From: a virus
Lineage: Duplodnaviria > Heunggongvirae > Uroviricota > Caudoviricetes
IMG/VR virus record: IMGVR_UViG_2547132281_000011
Reading direction: 5' to 3' (one strand)
DNA: 29,115 nucleotides
A program made the translations under genes and the position numbers. Positions within the stretch are counted from its first letter, which is position 1. Each line of letters opens with the position of its first letter. Below are positions 8,061-17,704 of the stretch, piece after piece. The notes under the pieces were generated by a model. The model saw nothing but the letters and a program-made list of their open reading frames with translations. It was not told the origin of the DNA and made no database searches.

Positions 8061-9014
8061 TTATTTACTGATACCGGTGATGAGATACCCGGCATCGCCA
8101 CCAACCACGGCGACTTTGTAGATATCGGTATAACGGCAGTACTTCACCTTGCCACCGGCACCGTCGTATTTGTCTGCAACAGGCATCCCCTTACGGCGCA
8201 GGGTGTAGCCGAAGGACGGCTCGTTCTCGTCCGCGCTGTCCGCCCCCGGCTGCGGCTTGCCGACGTAGTGCAGCATCAGGTTGTCTCCCCAGATATCCGC
8301 CGGCACGCTGTCCTTATCCATTGCCGCTTTCATGGATGGCAGGGAGACAGGGGCACCGATGACGATCTCTTCGATCTGAAAGAGGTCCTGCAGGATCTCC
8401 GTGGTGATGCGCTTGCGTTCGTTGGCTCCGATGGCAGCCTGAATCGCCGGGTGGAACTTCAGCAGCGCCATCACGCTGGCACCCATAGTCATCAGGTTAG
8501 GACGCAGCCCCGTGGCCGTACGGACCGCTTCCATACCGGCTTCAATCACCCCGATGGGGTCCCCCTTACCACCGGCCCAGCGATCACTGGCTGTCAGTTT
8601 TTTAACGTGCCCGGTACGGTAGACCTTTTCATCCTGAGCCAGACGGGCGGCGATAAGTTCACGGCGCAGATTCACGCCATTCGTGGCGCGACGGATGGCC
8701 TTGCTCTCCTCGTTAAACATGGACTCCGCCTGCTCGCGATAGTCCACCGGCGCAGCCAGATCGTGCTCACCCAGCACCAGATCAAGCGTGCCGGTTTTCT
8801 CACGGACCAGAACATTGCTGTCCGCCCCGACGGCACGCTCAGTGTCATATTCCACAAAGGCGGTTTTCCCGAAGGTCGGCACACGCACGCCTTCCTTGTC
8901 CGTCAGCACGACGGGGAAAATACGTTCGCCAATGAATGCGGCATTTTTATAGCCTCGGGCGATACTGGTCAGTACCGGATCAACGACACGTTTACCTTTT
9001 AAGTAATCAGACAT
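8061..9014 (-). CDS. Major capsid protein (Mu T-like)
   Basis: 317 aa, immediately after protease/scaffold gene; size and position as Mu major head subunit. Confidence 0.8.
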   Translation of the reverse strand: MSDYLKGKRVVDPVLTSIARGYKNAAFIGERIFPVVLTDKEGVRVPTFGKTAFVEYDTERAVGADSNVLVREKTGTLDLVLGEHDLAAPVDYREQAESMFNEESKAIRRATNGVNLRRELIAARLAQDEKVYRTGHVKKLTASDRWAGGKGDPIGVIEAGMEAVRTATGLRPNLMTMGASVMALLKFHPAIQAAIGANERKRITTEILQDLFQIEEIVIGAPVSLPSMKAAMDKDSVPADIWGDNLMLHYVGKPQPGADSADENEPSFGYTLRRKGMPVADKYDGAGGKVKYCRYTDIYKVAVVGGDAGYLITGISK

Positions 9015-9028
9015 GATTTCTCCTTAAA

Positions 9029-10144
9029 TTACAGGCAGCGTGCGACAGCAGCCTCATAGCTGATGCCTTCTTTTTTGGACAGGGCCACTGCTTTCTGATG
9101 CAGGGCCAGACGCTCAGGATCGGCTTCCGCAAACTCCGCCACATCCACCTTCACCGTGTCGCCGACACGCTCCTTTGTGGCCTGTTCGGCGAAATTCATC
9201 ACCGGCTCCCCGTCGGAGAGCAATGAACGGAAGGCGGTGGCCAGCGGCGTGCGGCTTTCCCCCTCAGCAAACTCCACCGGCTTGTCGCCACCGGCGACGG
9301 CATCCAGCAGGGCAACCACCACGGAGGAGGCGCGGGGAGCCAGACGCCCCTCTGCGACCAGTTTTTCTGCAAAGGCCACATTGTCCTTATGCAGTTGCTC
9401 CTGTCTGGCCTGTGCATCACGCGCATCGCGATCAGCAGCCTGCTGCTTCAGGCGGCGGTTCTCCTCCTGAAGGGCTTCAATCTCTTCTTTTGTCATCGAT
9501 GATTCCTCGTTACTTGCGGAAGACGGCACCTGGCCTGTCTCACTGAATTGTGCACCTGCTGCATCCTGCGACGGTGTGTCGCGGTACGCCTCTTCGCGCA
9601 GATTGTTGAGCTGCCATTCCGGCAGGACTTTTTCTGCTTCGTCCAGACTGAAGCGGGCGATCAGAAAATCGCGCAGCTTTCCCCACAGGGAGGCATTCGT
9701 GATGGCCTGCCAGTCGGCGAACTCCACCACACCTTCTTCCTGCTCACTGAAGGACACCTGTTTCAGCCCCTTGACGGAAGGTGGCTGTGCCCCGAGAAAG
9801 CCCACATGGCGCAGGTAGAGCACGCCGGGCTTCGGATTGGACGGTGAATCCGGGAGGTAGAAAGAGGCGGACACTTTTTTGAATCGTCCGTCGGTGACCA
9901 TCTCAGCAAACTGCGGGTCCAACTGGGCAGGCTCTGCCATCAGATCGACGCCGCTGAGCGACAGGGCTTTCACCCAGCCCCACGCCGGGTCTTCCGTTCT
10001 GGGATGACCAATCACGAGTGGTGCTTCATGGACGGACGGGTCATAGGCTTTCACGCAGGCGGCAAGATCGTCTGGCGTGAACGGCAGTTTTTTGCCGTGC
10101 ATATCGGTATGAGTACCGGCTTTAAAAATGTGAATGGCTGACAT
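9029..10144 (-). CDS. Head maturation protease / scaffold (Mu I-like)
   Basis: 371 aa; C-terminal half is charged and coiled-coil-like (EEIEALQEENRRLKQQAADRDARDAQARQEQLHKD), as in scaffold domains; precedes capsid gene. Confidence 0.75.
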   Translation of the reverse strand: MSAIHIFKAGTHTDMHGKKLPFTPDDLAACVKAYDPSVHEAPLVIGHPRTEDPAWGWVKALSLSGVDLMAEPAQLDPQFAEMVTDGRFKKVSASFYLPDSPSNPKPGVLYLRHVGFLGAQPPSVKGLKQVSFSEQEEGVVEFADWQAITNASLWGKLRDFLIARFSLDEAEKVLPEWQLNNLREEAYRDTPSQDAAGAQFSETGQVPSSASNEESSMTKEEIEALQEENRRLKQQAADRDARDAQARQEQLHKDNVAFAEKLVAEGRLAPRASSVVVALLDAVAGGDKPVEFAEGESRTPLATAFRSLLSDGEPVMNFAEQATKERVGDTVKVDVAEFAEADPERLALHQKAVALSKKEGISYEAAVARCL

Positions 10145-10270
10145 TTTGCTGTCCCGCGTTATGTTGTCGGAGACAGTTTGTGAGAAATGCAGGCCCGGCG
10201 ATTTTAATCTGCTTTAGAAAACATCAGGGGAGAAGGACAGGGAAAGCAATGCGGTGAACCGGAAGCGGTT

Positions 10271-10312
10271 ATAAAACAGAGGCTGTAAAGCCTTTATAAA
10301 GGTAATACAGCC
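10271..10312 (-). terminator. Hairpin plus T-tract between G-like and I-like genes (putative terminator ahead of a late promoter)
   Basis: 32-bp near-palindrome GGCTGTAAAGCCTTTATAAAGGTAATACAGCC (10281-10312) followed on the minus strand by TCTGTTTTAT. Confidence 0.35.
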
Positions 10313-10358
10313 CCTCATTCGCTGGCAATGATAAATCACCCGCCTGAAGAGAGAAAAC

Positions 10359-10817
10359 TCAGCGACGGGCCGCTGATTCAAGATGGCGGACAATGGTATC
10401 GAGGATGGGGATTACCACTTCAGGCTGTAGTTCTCCATCCCCCGTCACCGGCAGGAACGGGCGGGCCGGAAGTTCAACAGACTCATTACGCCCCGTTTTA
10501 CCCCCGAACTGGTGAATGGCACCGTAAACAACGTTGGTCCCCACAACAGCCTGCCGGTCGTCATGGTCGGTTGATACTGACCCCATCAGACGCCCGGTAT
10601 CCTGCAGTGTCTGCCCGTCACGTTCTTCCGCTGCCAGCGAGGGCATCCACCCCGGACGCCCCTCATCAAGAAAGTTAAACTGTGTTTCCGCCAGCAGGGT
10701 TCCGGCGATTTTGCGCATCGCGGGCTCCAGGTCTGTGGCAGCAAGATCCAGCGCACGGAGGCTCCGGCGCAGGGATTTATCGTTAATGGTGATACTGACC
10801 AGGTTATCGGAAGCCAT
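10359..10817 (-). CDS. Virion morphogenesis protein (Mu G-like)
   Basis: 152 aa, between F-like and I-like genes; assigned by synteny and size. Confidence 0.65.
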   Translation of the reverse strand: MASDNLVSITINDKSLRRSLRALDLAATDLEPAMRKIAGTLLAETQFNFLDEGRPGWMPSLAAEERDGQTLQDTGRLMGSVSTDHDDRQAVVGTNVVYGAIHQFGGKTGRNESVELPARPFLPVTGDGELQPEVVIPILDTIVRHLESAARR

Positions 10818-10819
10818 TG

Positions 10820-11641
10820 TTATCCTCTCAGTTCCTGTTGTGCCAGTGGCTGAAACGTACCCTGATAGCGGGCCAGGTCGGGACGGTATGCTGCCCCCGG
10901 TGCATAAGACCAGCCGACGTCGGTGGTCACCTTCGTGGTGCCGGTATTAAAGGTGGCCACGTTCCGCATTTCGCCGGTTTTCTCTGAGACCAGTTTCAGT
11001 TCCTGGCCCATGACAGAGCCGGAGCTGATAACCTTCAGGCCACGGGCACGTACATCCGCCGCACTCAGGGCAATCACACTACAGCGGCAGCGCCAGCCGT
11101 TCGGCGGGTAAAATGCCTGCCAGAACGGGTCATTCCAGCGCAGCACCAGACCATGCAGCGCCAGATGGCTCCTGCGGGTATGGCTGTCGTTGATGCCGGT
11201 ATACATCCAGTACGGCCTGTCGTCGACGTTTTCCATCTGCTCCGCCCAACGACCGGCGCTGTAGAGTACGGACATATTGGTGCGAAAGATGGTATCGAGC
11301 CGCCACGGACTGCCCTGCTGAATGGTGACCGGCTCACCCGTTACCGGGTCAGTCGTGTCACGTGGTCCCCACCATCCCTTACGCTTCAGCACCGGCTCCA
11401 GCGCCTGCCGGAACCAGCGATCGGTTTTTCCTTCATCGACAGCCTGCTGCAGTGCCCCGCGAATATCTTCCAGGATATCCAGGCGGGTCACTTTAGCGAC
11501 GGTAAAGGCGCGGGCATGGGCTTCCTGCCACATCTCCTCCCAGTCCCAGGTAATCTGATACCCTTTGGACTTCAGGTAGCTGACTGCCCGCTTCGGGGGA
11601 AGCGTCATGCAGTACGCCAGTTCAGCCGTTGTCACGCTCAT
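10820..11641 (-). CDS. Head morphogenesis protein (Mu F-like)
   Basis: Follows portal gene; start uncertain (ATG 11641 behind a GGGGG stretch, or ATG 11608); ORF track gives 11668. Confidence 0.7.
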   Translation of the reverse strand: MSVTTAELAYCMTLPPKRAVSYLKSKGYQITWDWEEMWQEAHARAFTVAKVTRLDILEDIRGALQQAVDEGKTDRWFRQALEPVLKRKGWWGPRDTTDPVTGEPVTIQQGSPWRLDTIFRTNMSVLYSAGRWAEQMENVDDRPYWMYTGINDSHTRRSHLALHGLVLRWNDPFWQAFYPPNGWRCRCSVIALSAADVRARGLKVISSGSVMGQELKLVSEKTGEMRNVATFNTGTTKVTTDVGWSYAPGAAYRPDLARYQGTFQPLAQQELRG

Positions 11642-13115
11642 GCAGACGCCCCCAGATATTTGCCACAAAGAGAATGCGGGCCAGCCGCTCCTGCAGATCG
11701 TCCGTGTTCATCTGAGGGTAGAGCTCCGCCAGTTCGCCCAGCAGCTCAGACGGGTTAACCCCGTTTTCGACCCGCCTGAACAGAGGTGCCAGGACGGGTT
11801 CCAGCGTGCCATTTAACACACCTCCGTTCATCAGAATGTCCAGCGCGTCGTCAAGCTGCTGTTGTGCATCATGATCGGCGCTTATCGCCTCGGCAAACTC
11901 CGCAGGCACTGCCCCGTCCGCAACCGGTGCATCAGAGAGGTCAATATCCCCCTCCTGCAGCTGGTACTCCCGCATGAAGTACTGCGGGGTCAGGCGTAGT
12001 CCCGCGCGGGTGAGTTTTTCGTCGCGGGTGGCACGGGTGTCATCAATGGCCTCCTGTTCCCACATGGCCCAGACTGGACACGGCACATCGCCGAAGTTCA
12101 GGGTGACCACCGTTCTGATGACCTGATTCACTGCCGCCTGAATGATGTCCGCATCCGCATCGCGGATATCAGCCGTCACCTCCAGCCCGGCCTGTGCAGA
12201 GGCCTTGTTACTGTTCGCTTCCGTGGTCTGATTCTGACCGAGTAATGCAATGGAGATCTCACTGCGTGACAGCGTGATCAGCTCGCGGAATACCTCGCTG
12301 CTGTCCGCCTTGCCATCCGCGGCTTTGAGTTCAATGCTGCTGTCATCGGGGATGGCGGCCACAGCGTCCTCCACCATCTGCTCCATGGAGTCCAGCAGTT
12401 TTTCAATCTCTGCATCATTTGCACCCCTCGGGTGCTTACCGATCACCCACGGGGAGCCAAACTTTTCGGCAAAGCGGAGCCAGAATTTCATCCCGCCTTT
12501 CTTGAAGGCGACCGGCCAGAAGCACATGGACAGGTCCGGGAAACCGTAAGGATTGTCATACGAGGCATCCTGTGCCGGCACCACGAATTTTGACGGTGAC
12601 AGCAGCTCACCCTCCACACCCGCATCACGCGCCCGGAAGCGCAGGCAGTTGTCCGTATCAAACTGAAACCACTCAGGCGGTTTGCCGACAATATCCGTCA
12701 CCGCCCACGCCCTGACCGAACGGCCCCACATGATTTCACAGGGCTGATACCCGTAGAGCACGGCATCGCTCATCTCACCGATGATGCGGGACAGATCCAG
12801 ATCGTCGAGCATGTCGCGGATGAAACGGAAGACCCGGGCAGAAGCGTGACCGCGCTCCAGTCCACGCTCCAGCGATTTGAGCGCTGCTTTACGTCTGCGG
12901 ATACAGCCTCCGACCAGCGGGTCGGTGCGCAGTTCGCGGTAGATACGGATATCCCGTCCCTGAGCCTTGAGAATGGGATCAGGATTGGGCAGATACATGC
13001 CCAGTCCGTAAAAGTCGATCGCGCGGCTGCGGGAGGCAATCTGCGCGGTCAGTGATTTCTGAGGCTCAGAAAAAGCAACAAATTCATCGGGTGAAACCCA
13101 GATACCCCTCGCCAT
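11622..13115 (-). CDS. Portal protein (Mu gp29-like)
   Basis: 497 aa directly downstream of the terminase large subunit gene (1-nt overlap). Confidence 0.8.
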   Translation of the reverse strand: MARGIWVSPDEFVAFSEPQKSLTAQIASRSRAIDFYGLGMYLPNPDPILKAQGRDIRIYRELRTDPLVGGCIRRRKAALKSLERGLERGHASARVFRFIRDMLDDLDLSRIIGEMSDAVLYGYQPCEIMWGRSVRAWAVTDIVGKPPEWFQFDTDNCLRFRARDAGVEGELLSPSKFVVPAQDASYDNPYGFPDLSMCFWPVAFKKGGMKFWLRFAEKFGSPWVIGKHPRGANDAEIEKLLDSMEQMVEDAVAAIPDDSSIELKAADGKADSSEVFRELITLSRSEISIALLGQNQTTEANSNKASAQAGLEVTADIRDADADIIQAAVNQVIRTVVTLNFGDVPCPVWAMWEQEAIDDTRATRDEKLTRAGLRLTPQYFMREYQLQEGDIDLSDAPVADGAVPAEFAEAISADHDAQQQLDDALDILMNGGVLNGTLEPVLAPLFRRVENGVNPSELLGELAELYPQMNTDDLQERLARILFVANIWGRLHERDNG

Positions 13116-14710
13116 CAGAATCCCTCCAGCATACGGGCCGCCTGACGACGACGGCGTGAGCTTGCCTTCACCGGCCCTTTGTTAATTTCACGGCTGGCGA
13201 AATACGCCAGCGCCAGTGCGATGGCTGAATCCCCGTGGCGTTTACCACCGTCAGCCTTTGCTTTTGAGCGTTGCTCCGGTACGCGGGGGACACCGTTCAC
13301 CACCTGAACGGCCCGCAGGTCATCCAGTGTGTCTTCATCCTTTGGTAAGTCCACCAGGTTACCGTCTTCCAGTGCAGCTTTGACCGGAGGCATATGCTCC
13401 CTGTACCAGCCTTCGGTTGGCATCACCTGCTGAATCCGGCTGGAGCCGTAGCGCTGCATGGCGTATTCAGCCAGATAGGCACCATTACCACGGGCATCAA
13501 ACGCTGCACCCAGCAGACCGGGCAGGCCATCCATCAGATACCAGGTGATTTGCTCCTGCTGTCTGAACGGCACGTTACGCAGCTCCAGTACGAATGGCAC
13601 GCGTCGTACCAGGTTCTTCTCCTGCAGCAGGGGATAGTCCACCGACAAATCACCGCTACGGCCAAAGTCGCGCCCCAGGAAAGAGCGGGCATCAGTGGGG
13701 AGTGCCTCCAGCAATGGTTTCAGATACTCATCAAGCCAGTCCTGCGTCTCGCGGAAGCGAACCTCATCAGACAGCAGTTCATAACCTTCCTTGCAGGTCA
13801 GACGCAATACCGGCGTATCAGCGGACATGCGGGACTCTATCAGGGCACGGGACAGCCAGGCACCGCCACCGTTGGCCGGAATACAGTCAAGCTCTTCGGA
13901 TGCGCCGGCACCGTAGAATTTGTACACCGATGCCATCCAGGCCTGCTCGGAGGCCTCCGACCATTCCTTCCCGGTGCGCAGACAGACGCGCCGGAACAGC
14001 CCCTCAGATACGGCTTCCCGGAAAGTGATGCGATGTATGCTGCCTCCCTGACGTCCGGCACGGATATCCCCGATAAGCGTATTGAACGGATTGTCGTCAC
14101 CGTTATGGGTGGAGATAACGTGTACCTTCCCCCCCCAGATAAGCATCGCCAGCGCCGCTTTCAGCAGTTCGTCCAGTTGCTCATGGAACGCCGCTTCGTC
14201 GATAACAATAATACCCTGACGGCCACGCAGGTTAGACGGGCGGCTGGAGAGCGCAACAATACGAAAGCCGGAGTCAGGAAATTTGATGGTGTAAGTCCTG
14301 ATGTGTTTGTCGTCGTCGTCCTCTTCCCAGAATCCTTCTTCAATTTCACTGGCCGCATAGTTGAATGCCCGTGCCCACATCGCACACGCCTGAATGTATT
14401 CGACGGTCATGTCCTGGTTATAAGCGATGTAATACACATTCATCCCGCCTGCTGGCGCAGAAGAGGCGGCGGTCAGTACGTTATCGGATGCCTCAGCCCA
14501 TGTAATACCGGTACGACGGCTCTTTTCTATCACCTTAAGCGGAGAGGTGTCTGCCACCCAGCGCTGCTGGTAAGGCAACAGAACGGGAGGGGCATCCAGC
14601 GCCGAGGTATCAGGCAAAACGGGAGCAAGGTTATTCCTCCCGTCCATGGGACTCATCCCTTCGGGGCCGCCGCCAGCGGCGTTTAAAATCACTCCGGATG
14701 ATTTTGTCAT
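13115..14710 (-). CDS. Terminase large subunit
   Basis: 531 aa, ATGA-coupled to the upstream small-subunit-like gene and followed by portal. Confidence 0.8.
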   Translation of the reverse strand: MTKSSGVILNAAGGGPEGMSPMDGRNNLAPVLPDTSALDAPPVLLPYQQRWVADTSPLKVIEKSRRTGITWAEASDNVLTAASSAPAGGMNVYYIAYNQDMTVEYIQACAMWARAFNYAASEIEEGFWEEDDDDKHIRTYTIKFPDSGFRIVALSSRPSNLRGRQGIIVIDEAAFHEQLDELLKAALAMLIWGGKVHVISTHNGDDNPFNTLIGDIRAGRQGGSIHRITFREAVSEGLFRRVCLRTGKEWSEASEQAWMASVYKFYGAGASEELDCIPANGGGAWLSRALIESRMSADTPVLRLTCKEGYELLSDEVRFRETQDWLDEYLKPLLEALPTDARSFLGRDFGRSGDLSVDYPLLQEKNLVRRVPFVLELRNVPFRQQEQITWYLMDGLPGLLGAAFDARGNGAYLAEYAMQRYGSSRIQQVMPTEGWYREHMPPVKAALEDGNLVDLPKDEDTLDDLRAVQVVNGVPRVPEQRSKAKADGGKRHGDSAIALALAYFASREINKGPVKASSRRRRQAARMLEGF

Positions 14711-15252
14711 GTGGCAATCCCCAGAATCTCGCGACGAAGCGCCTGTACTGCGTCGCTTGACAGTCCGCCCTTACGGGCAATTTTCTCTGCGTTGCTGGCT
14801 GCCTGCTGCGCTCTGGCCCGCACTTCAGACTGGAACTTTTTGAGGTTGACGGACGCGCGTGACAGCGTAGCCACATTCTTCGCCACCTTCGACAGCAGGG
14901 CCACGCGTTCTTTAGGATCGACTTCGCCTTCTTCCGCCTCCTGCAACTGGACAATACTCTCGAACAGCTCGGTCTGAATAAGGGCTATCACAGCCTCCGA
15001 ACGCGCATCCAGATCGTCTGCTGCGCCTTCGGTCAGCATGCGGGCCGCTTCTGTCGCCGCACGGATAGCACCATAGCGGCGCTCAATCTTCTGTCCATAG
15101 CGATGGATAGCGGATTTGCTGATGACGTACCCCCGCTCACGCAGCAGGGACTCCAGCTCGTTATACCCGCTGAAGCCGGATTCAGTCAGCGCCCGTTCAA
15201 GCCAGCGGCGCACGTCTTCCGGCAGCTTTTCTATTGTGCTGCGTCTGGCCAT
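14707..15252 (-). CDS. Terminase small subunit-like protein (Mu gp27 position)
   Basis: 181 aa, helical and charged; translationally coupled to the large subunit gene. Confidence 0.55.
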   Translation of the reverse strand: MARRSTIEKLPEDVRRWLERALTESGFSGYNELESLLRERGYVISKSAIHRYGQKIERRYGAIRAATEAARMLTEGAADDLDARSEAVIALIQTELFESIVQLQEAEEGEVDPKERVALLSKVAKNVATLSRASVNLKKFQSEVRARAQQAASNAEKIARKGGLSSDAVQALRREILGIAT

Positions 15253-15563
15253 TATTCACTCCAGTACTTTTCCGGGCGGGCAATACCCGGACCACATTCC
15301 ACGGTGTATTCCACCAGGTCTACGCCGAGGCGGGTCAGGTCAGCAAACCAGTCACCAGAAGGTTTTTTCTCCAGCTCAACCATTTTACGGTCAGCCAGAT
15401 AATCCAGTTCGCGGCGCAGCTCCAGCGGTGTGGTGTCCGGGTAGATGGCACGGGACACATCCAGCAGCAGCGTCTCGCTGGCGGTGTAAGGGCGGGTCTT
15501 GTTCAGGGCAACCAGCAGACTCCAGCGCAGGGATTCGCGGCGTACTCGGGTAATATCGACCAT
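15252..15563 (-). CDS. Hypothetical protein (Mu gp26 position)
   Basis: 103 aa, by synteny. Confidence 0.45.
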   Translation of the reverse strand: MVDITRVRRESLRWSLLVALNKTRPYTASETLLLDVSRAIYPDTTPLELRRELDYLADRKMVELEKKPSGDWFADLTRLGVDLVEYTVECGPGIARPEKYWSE

Positions 15564-15889
15564 TATTGACCTCCGGTATTGCGGTACTGCTGTACCACTT
15601 CCAGTTTGTTATAAAGCGCGTCCAGTTTGGCCTCAATGACTGTCTGGCCACGGATATAATCCTCTCGACGGACATAATTCAGCGGTAAATCCGCTTTAAA
15701 TCGCATAAATTCTTTTTCCAGCTCGCCCCAGTTGGAGGCGGATTGTTGCAGGGCCTGTTCAAGGGAGGCGAATCGTGCCGCCTGGCGTTCTTCTGTTTTA
15801 CTGAACAACCATTTGGCGAGCCCTCCCACAAACCCCATGAAGGTGAGCAGAAAACTCACCACCGTCCAGAATTCAACCTGCAGTGTCAT
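15563..15889 (-). CDS. Small membrane protein (Mu gp25 position)
   Basis: 108 aa with N-terminal hydrophobic helix (FWTVVSFLLTFMGFVGGLAKWLF). Confidence 0.5.
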   Translation of the reverse strand: MTLQVEFWTVVSFLLTFMGFVGGLAKWLFSKTEERQAARFASLEQALQQSASNWGELEKEFMRFKADLPLNYVRREDYIRGQTVIEAKLDALYNKLEVVQQYRNTGGQ

Positions 15890-16536
15890 TTCTGTAATCC
15901 TTCCCGTTCATCCAGCAGCGCGTTTATCTGGTTCCGCCAGCGACGACATTGCCATGCGTTGTCGATGATGTTGGCGAGAACGTCACGCTGGGAGACACCC
16001 GAATCGCGTAACCGGGTGTCAGTGGTTTCAGGTTGCCCGGTCGCTGTGCCAGAGCGGGTGCCAGTGGCGGCAACTGAGTCTGAATGACCGGTGTCGACGG
16101 ATGCGTTGTCATATCCGAGTGCGGCGTTGTACTGGCGCACGAAACCGCGAGTAAACACGCACTCAATGGGATGGCTCTTACCTTTTTCATCAATCCAGCG
16201 CTGTGTGACATCGTTAATTTGCCCCTGTAGTTGTTTATTCCGGCTCTCCAGTTGAGCAATCTGCTCAAGATAACCGGCTTCAGCCCGCTGCCCGGCGGCC
16301 ACCTGCTCCTGATACCGTCTGGCCCAGGCCCGCAGCGCAGCATTCTCAAGCGTTGCCTGCGCCGTTTTGTACGCGTCAAATGCTGACTGCAACTGACTGA
16401 GCGCGGTATTACCGTCACGCTTTGCAGAGTCATGACCACTTCTGTATCCCATGGCATACAGGCCGATCAGAAAGGCATTGATAAGAATGGCCAGCAGAAT
16501 GCCGCGCCACGGCAGCTTTTTAACCAGATGCCACAC
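15886..16536 (-). CDS. Inner-membrane spanin (Rz-like)
   Basis: N-terminal TM (WRGILLAILINAFLIGLYAMG) then coiled-coil periplasmic domain; probable GTG start at 16536 behind GGGAGG (ORF track start 16638 overlaps the endolysin gene). Confidence 0.6.
   Translation of the reverse strand: MWHLVKKLPWRGILLAILINAFLIGLYAMGYRSGHDSAKRDGNTALSQLQSAFDAYKTAQATLENAALRAWARRYQEQVAAGQRAEAGYLEQIAQLESRNKQLQGQINDVTQRWIDEKGKSHPIECVFTRGFVRQYNAALGYDNASVDTGHSDSVAATGTRSGTATGQPETTDTRLRDSGVSQRDVLANIIDNAWQCRRWRNQINALLDEREGLQK
15924..16190 (-). CDS. Outer-membrane lipoprotein spanin (Rz1-like) embedded in the +1 frame of Rz
   Basis: MKKVRAIPLSAC... with lipobox LSAC and proline-rich mature part; entirely inside the Rz-like gene. 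Confidence 0.6.
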   Translation of the reverse strand: MKKVRAIPLSACLLAVSCASTTPHSDMTTHPSTPVIQTQLPPLAPALAQRPGNLKPLTPGYAIRVSPSVTFSPTSSTTHGNVVAGGTR

Positions 16537-17254
16537 AACTGCTGCCTCCCCATGTGAGATATCGCGGTGCCAGTTCGCGCAGGATGCGCTGCGGATAATG
16601 GCGGTTCTCCCGCCAGCTGGCCGCATTGCGTCCGGCATTCACCGTGGCGACATGTCCGAACCAGCGGGTGCTGTCCAGACCTTTCTGTGATGCAAGCCGC
16701 CTGTCCCGTTGTACCCAGCCCAGACCACCGTTATAGCCTGACAGTGTCATGGCCATACGCTCGCAGTCGTTGGCGGCGCTGACGCGCTGCCACAGCCAGC
16801 GGTCATAGCTGACCAGCGCCCGGATGGCCCATGCCGGATTAAACGGCTCACGGCTGTTAAGTCCCGGCATCAGCTGACTTATCCAGTCGGCAGTGGCAGG
16901 CATGAACTGCGCCAGTCCCTGAGCACCAGCCGGCGAGACCGCATCAGGTCGCCAGCCGCTTTCCTGATGCAGTTGCGCGGCGAAATCTGCCACCGGCGCA
17001 GACAGTCCCCATTCAAGCCGGGCATTACGGATCACATCATCGCGATACTGCAGCGCAGCCTGCGGAGGCTGCGCTGCGCGGGCCTGACTGAAGAAGCCAC
17101 CACACCAGAGCAGCCAGACAATCACCAGGTTGCCAGCAAGCTGCCACCAGAAGCTGTATTTATCGTTACGTGGTTCGCCGTGTCTGATGGCGGTTACGCC
17201 CAGACCAAAGGCGAACAGAATAATGAGGGTGATTTGAGGCCAGTTCATGGTCAC
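16520..17254 (-). CDS. Membrane-anchored (SAR-type) endolysin with lytic transglycosylase domain
   Basis: N-terminal TM (WPQITLIILFAFGLGVTAI) then SLT motif AAQLHQESGWRPDAVSPAGAQGLAQFMPATA. Confidence 0.8.
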   Translation of the reverse strand: MTMNWPQITLIILFAFGLGVTAIRHGEPRNDKYSFWWQLAGNLVIVWLLWCGGFFSQARAAQPPQAALQYRDDVIRNARLEWGLSAPVADFAAQLHQESGWRPDAVSPAGAQGLAQFMPATADWISQLMPGLNSREPFNPAWAIRALVSYDRWLWQRVSAANDCERMAMTLSGYNGGLGWVQRDRRLASQKGLDSTRWFGHVATVNAGRNAASWRENRHYPQRILRELAPRYLTWGGSSCVASG

Positions 17255-17601
17255 AGTCCTGTTGCCACAGCCAGACAGACCGCTGCAACAATCAGTGCAC
17301 GGCGGATTAACGCAGCAGAAAATACAAGGTGAAGGCCGGTCTGCACAGGGAAACGCCCTTCAGCCATCAGCCTGTCTTCATGTTTCAGGTACTGACCGGG
17401 ACGGGCTTTGGGGAAGAGCGAACGGTCAAGCCAGTAACCCAGCACTGCTGCCAGCGTGATGAGTGCCAGCTTGTAGATCACAACAGGCAACTGCTGTGGC
17501 GAGACCAGAGCGATGGTGCCCAGCAACAGCACTGAGGTCAGCAGCCAGCCGCTGAGGCGAGGTTTTTTAACAGGGGGAATGAATTTTTTCAGGCTTTTCA
17601 T
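17251..17601 (-). CDS. Holin-like small membrane protein, first gene of the lysis/late operon
   Basis: 116 aa from ATG 17601 behind AAGGAG; multiple hydrophobic helices; ATGA overlap with endolysin gene. Confidence 0.5.
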   Translation of the reverse strand: MKSLKKFIPPVKKPRLSGWLLTSVLLLGTIALVSPQQLPVVIYKLALITLAAVLGYWLDRSLFPKARPGQYLKHEDRLMAEGRFPVQTGLHLVFSAALIRRALIVAAVCLAVATGL

Positions 17602-17687
17602 GTGTGTCTCCTTGTTTGGTGGAGACAGCATCACAAATGTGGCGGGATACGGATTTTAAAGCGCGTTATAAGTGTTCGCAGAGGGAA

Positions 17688-17704
17688 GCGACCAGAATGG
17701 TCGC
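17688..17704. promoter_or_regulatory. Perfect 7-3-7 dyad GCGACCAgaaTGGTCGC upstream of the lysis operon (candidate activator/operator site)
   Basis: Exact inverted repeat about 85 bp upstream of the holin-like start, in the divergent intergenic region. Confidence 0.3.

Larger units (their letters stand above)
1..17640 (-). mobile_element. Late arm (lysis-head-tail-invertible segment-gin) of a Mu-like transposable prophage; internally deleted in the tail module; right end lies beyond window start
   Basis: Gene order lysis, terminase, portal, F/G-like, protease/scaffold, capsid, sheath, tube, fibre, invertible segment, gin matches the Mu right arm; all on minus strand. Confidence 0.8.

Noticed and set aside
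13394-14686. 430-aa plus-strand ORF antisense to the terminase large subunit gene
   Set aside because: Low-complexity Gly/Arg/Pro-rich translation typical of shadow ORFs in GC-rich coding DNA; the opposite-strand gene fits operon synteny. The same applies to antisense ORFs 5757-6557, 8268-9002, 11153-11758, 4555-5130, 22503-23288, 24625-25377, 26721-27284 and 27101-27859.
15924-16457. Full 177-aa ORF in the alternate frame of the Rz-like gene
   Set aside because: Only the C-terminal 88 codons starting at MKKVRAIPLSAC look like a real lipoprotein; the upstream part is Arg-rich out-of-frame read-through.
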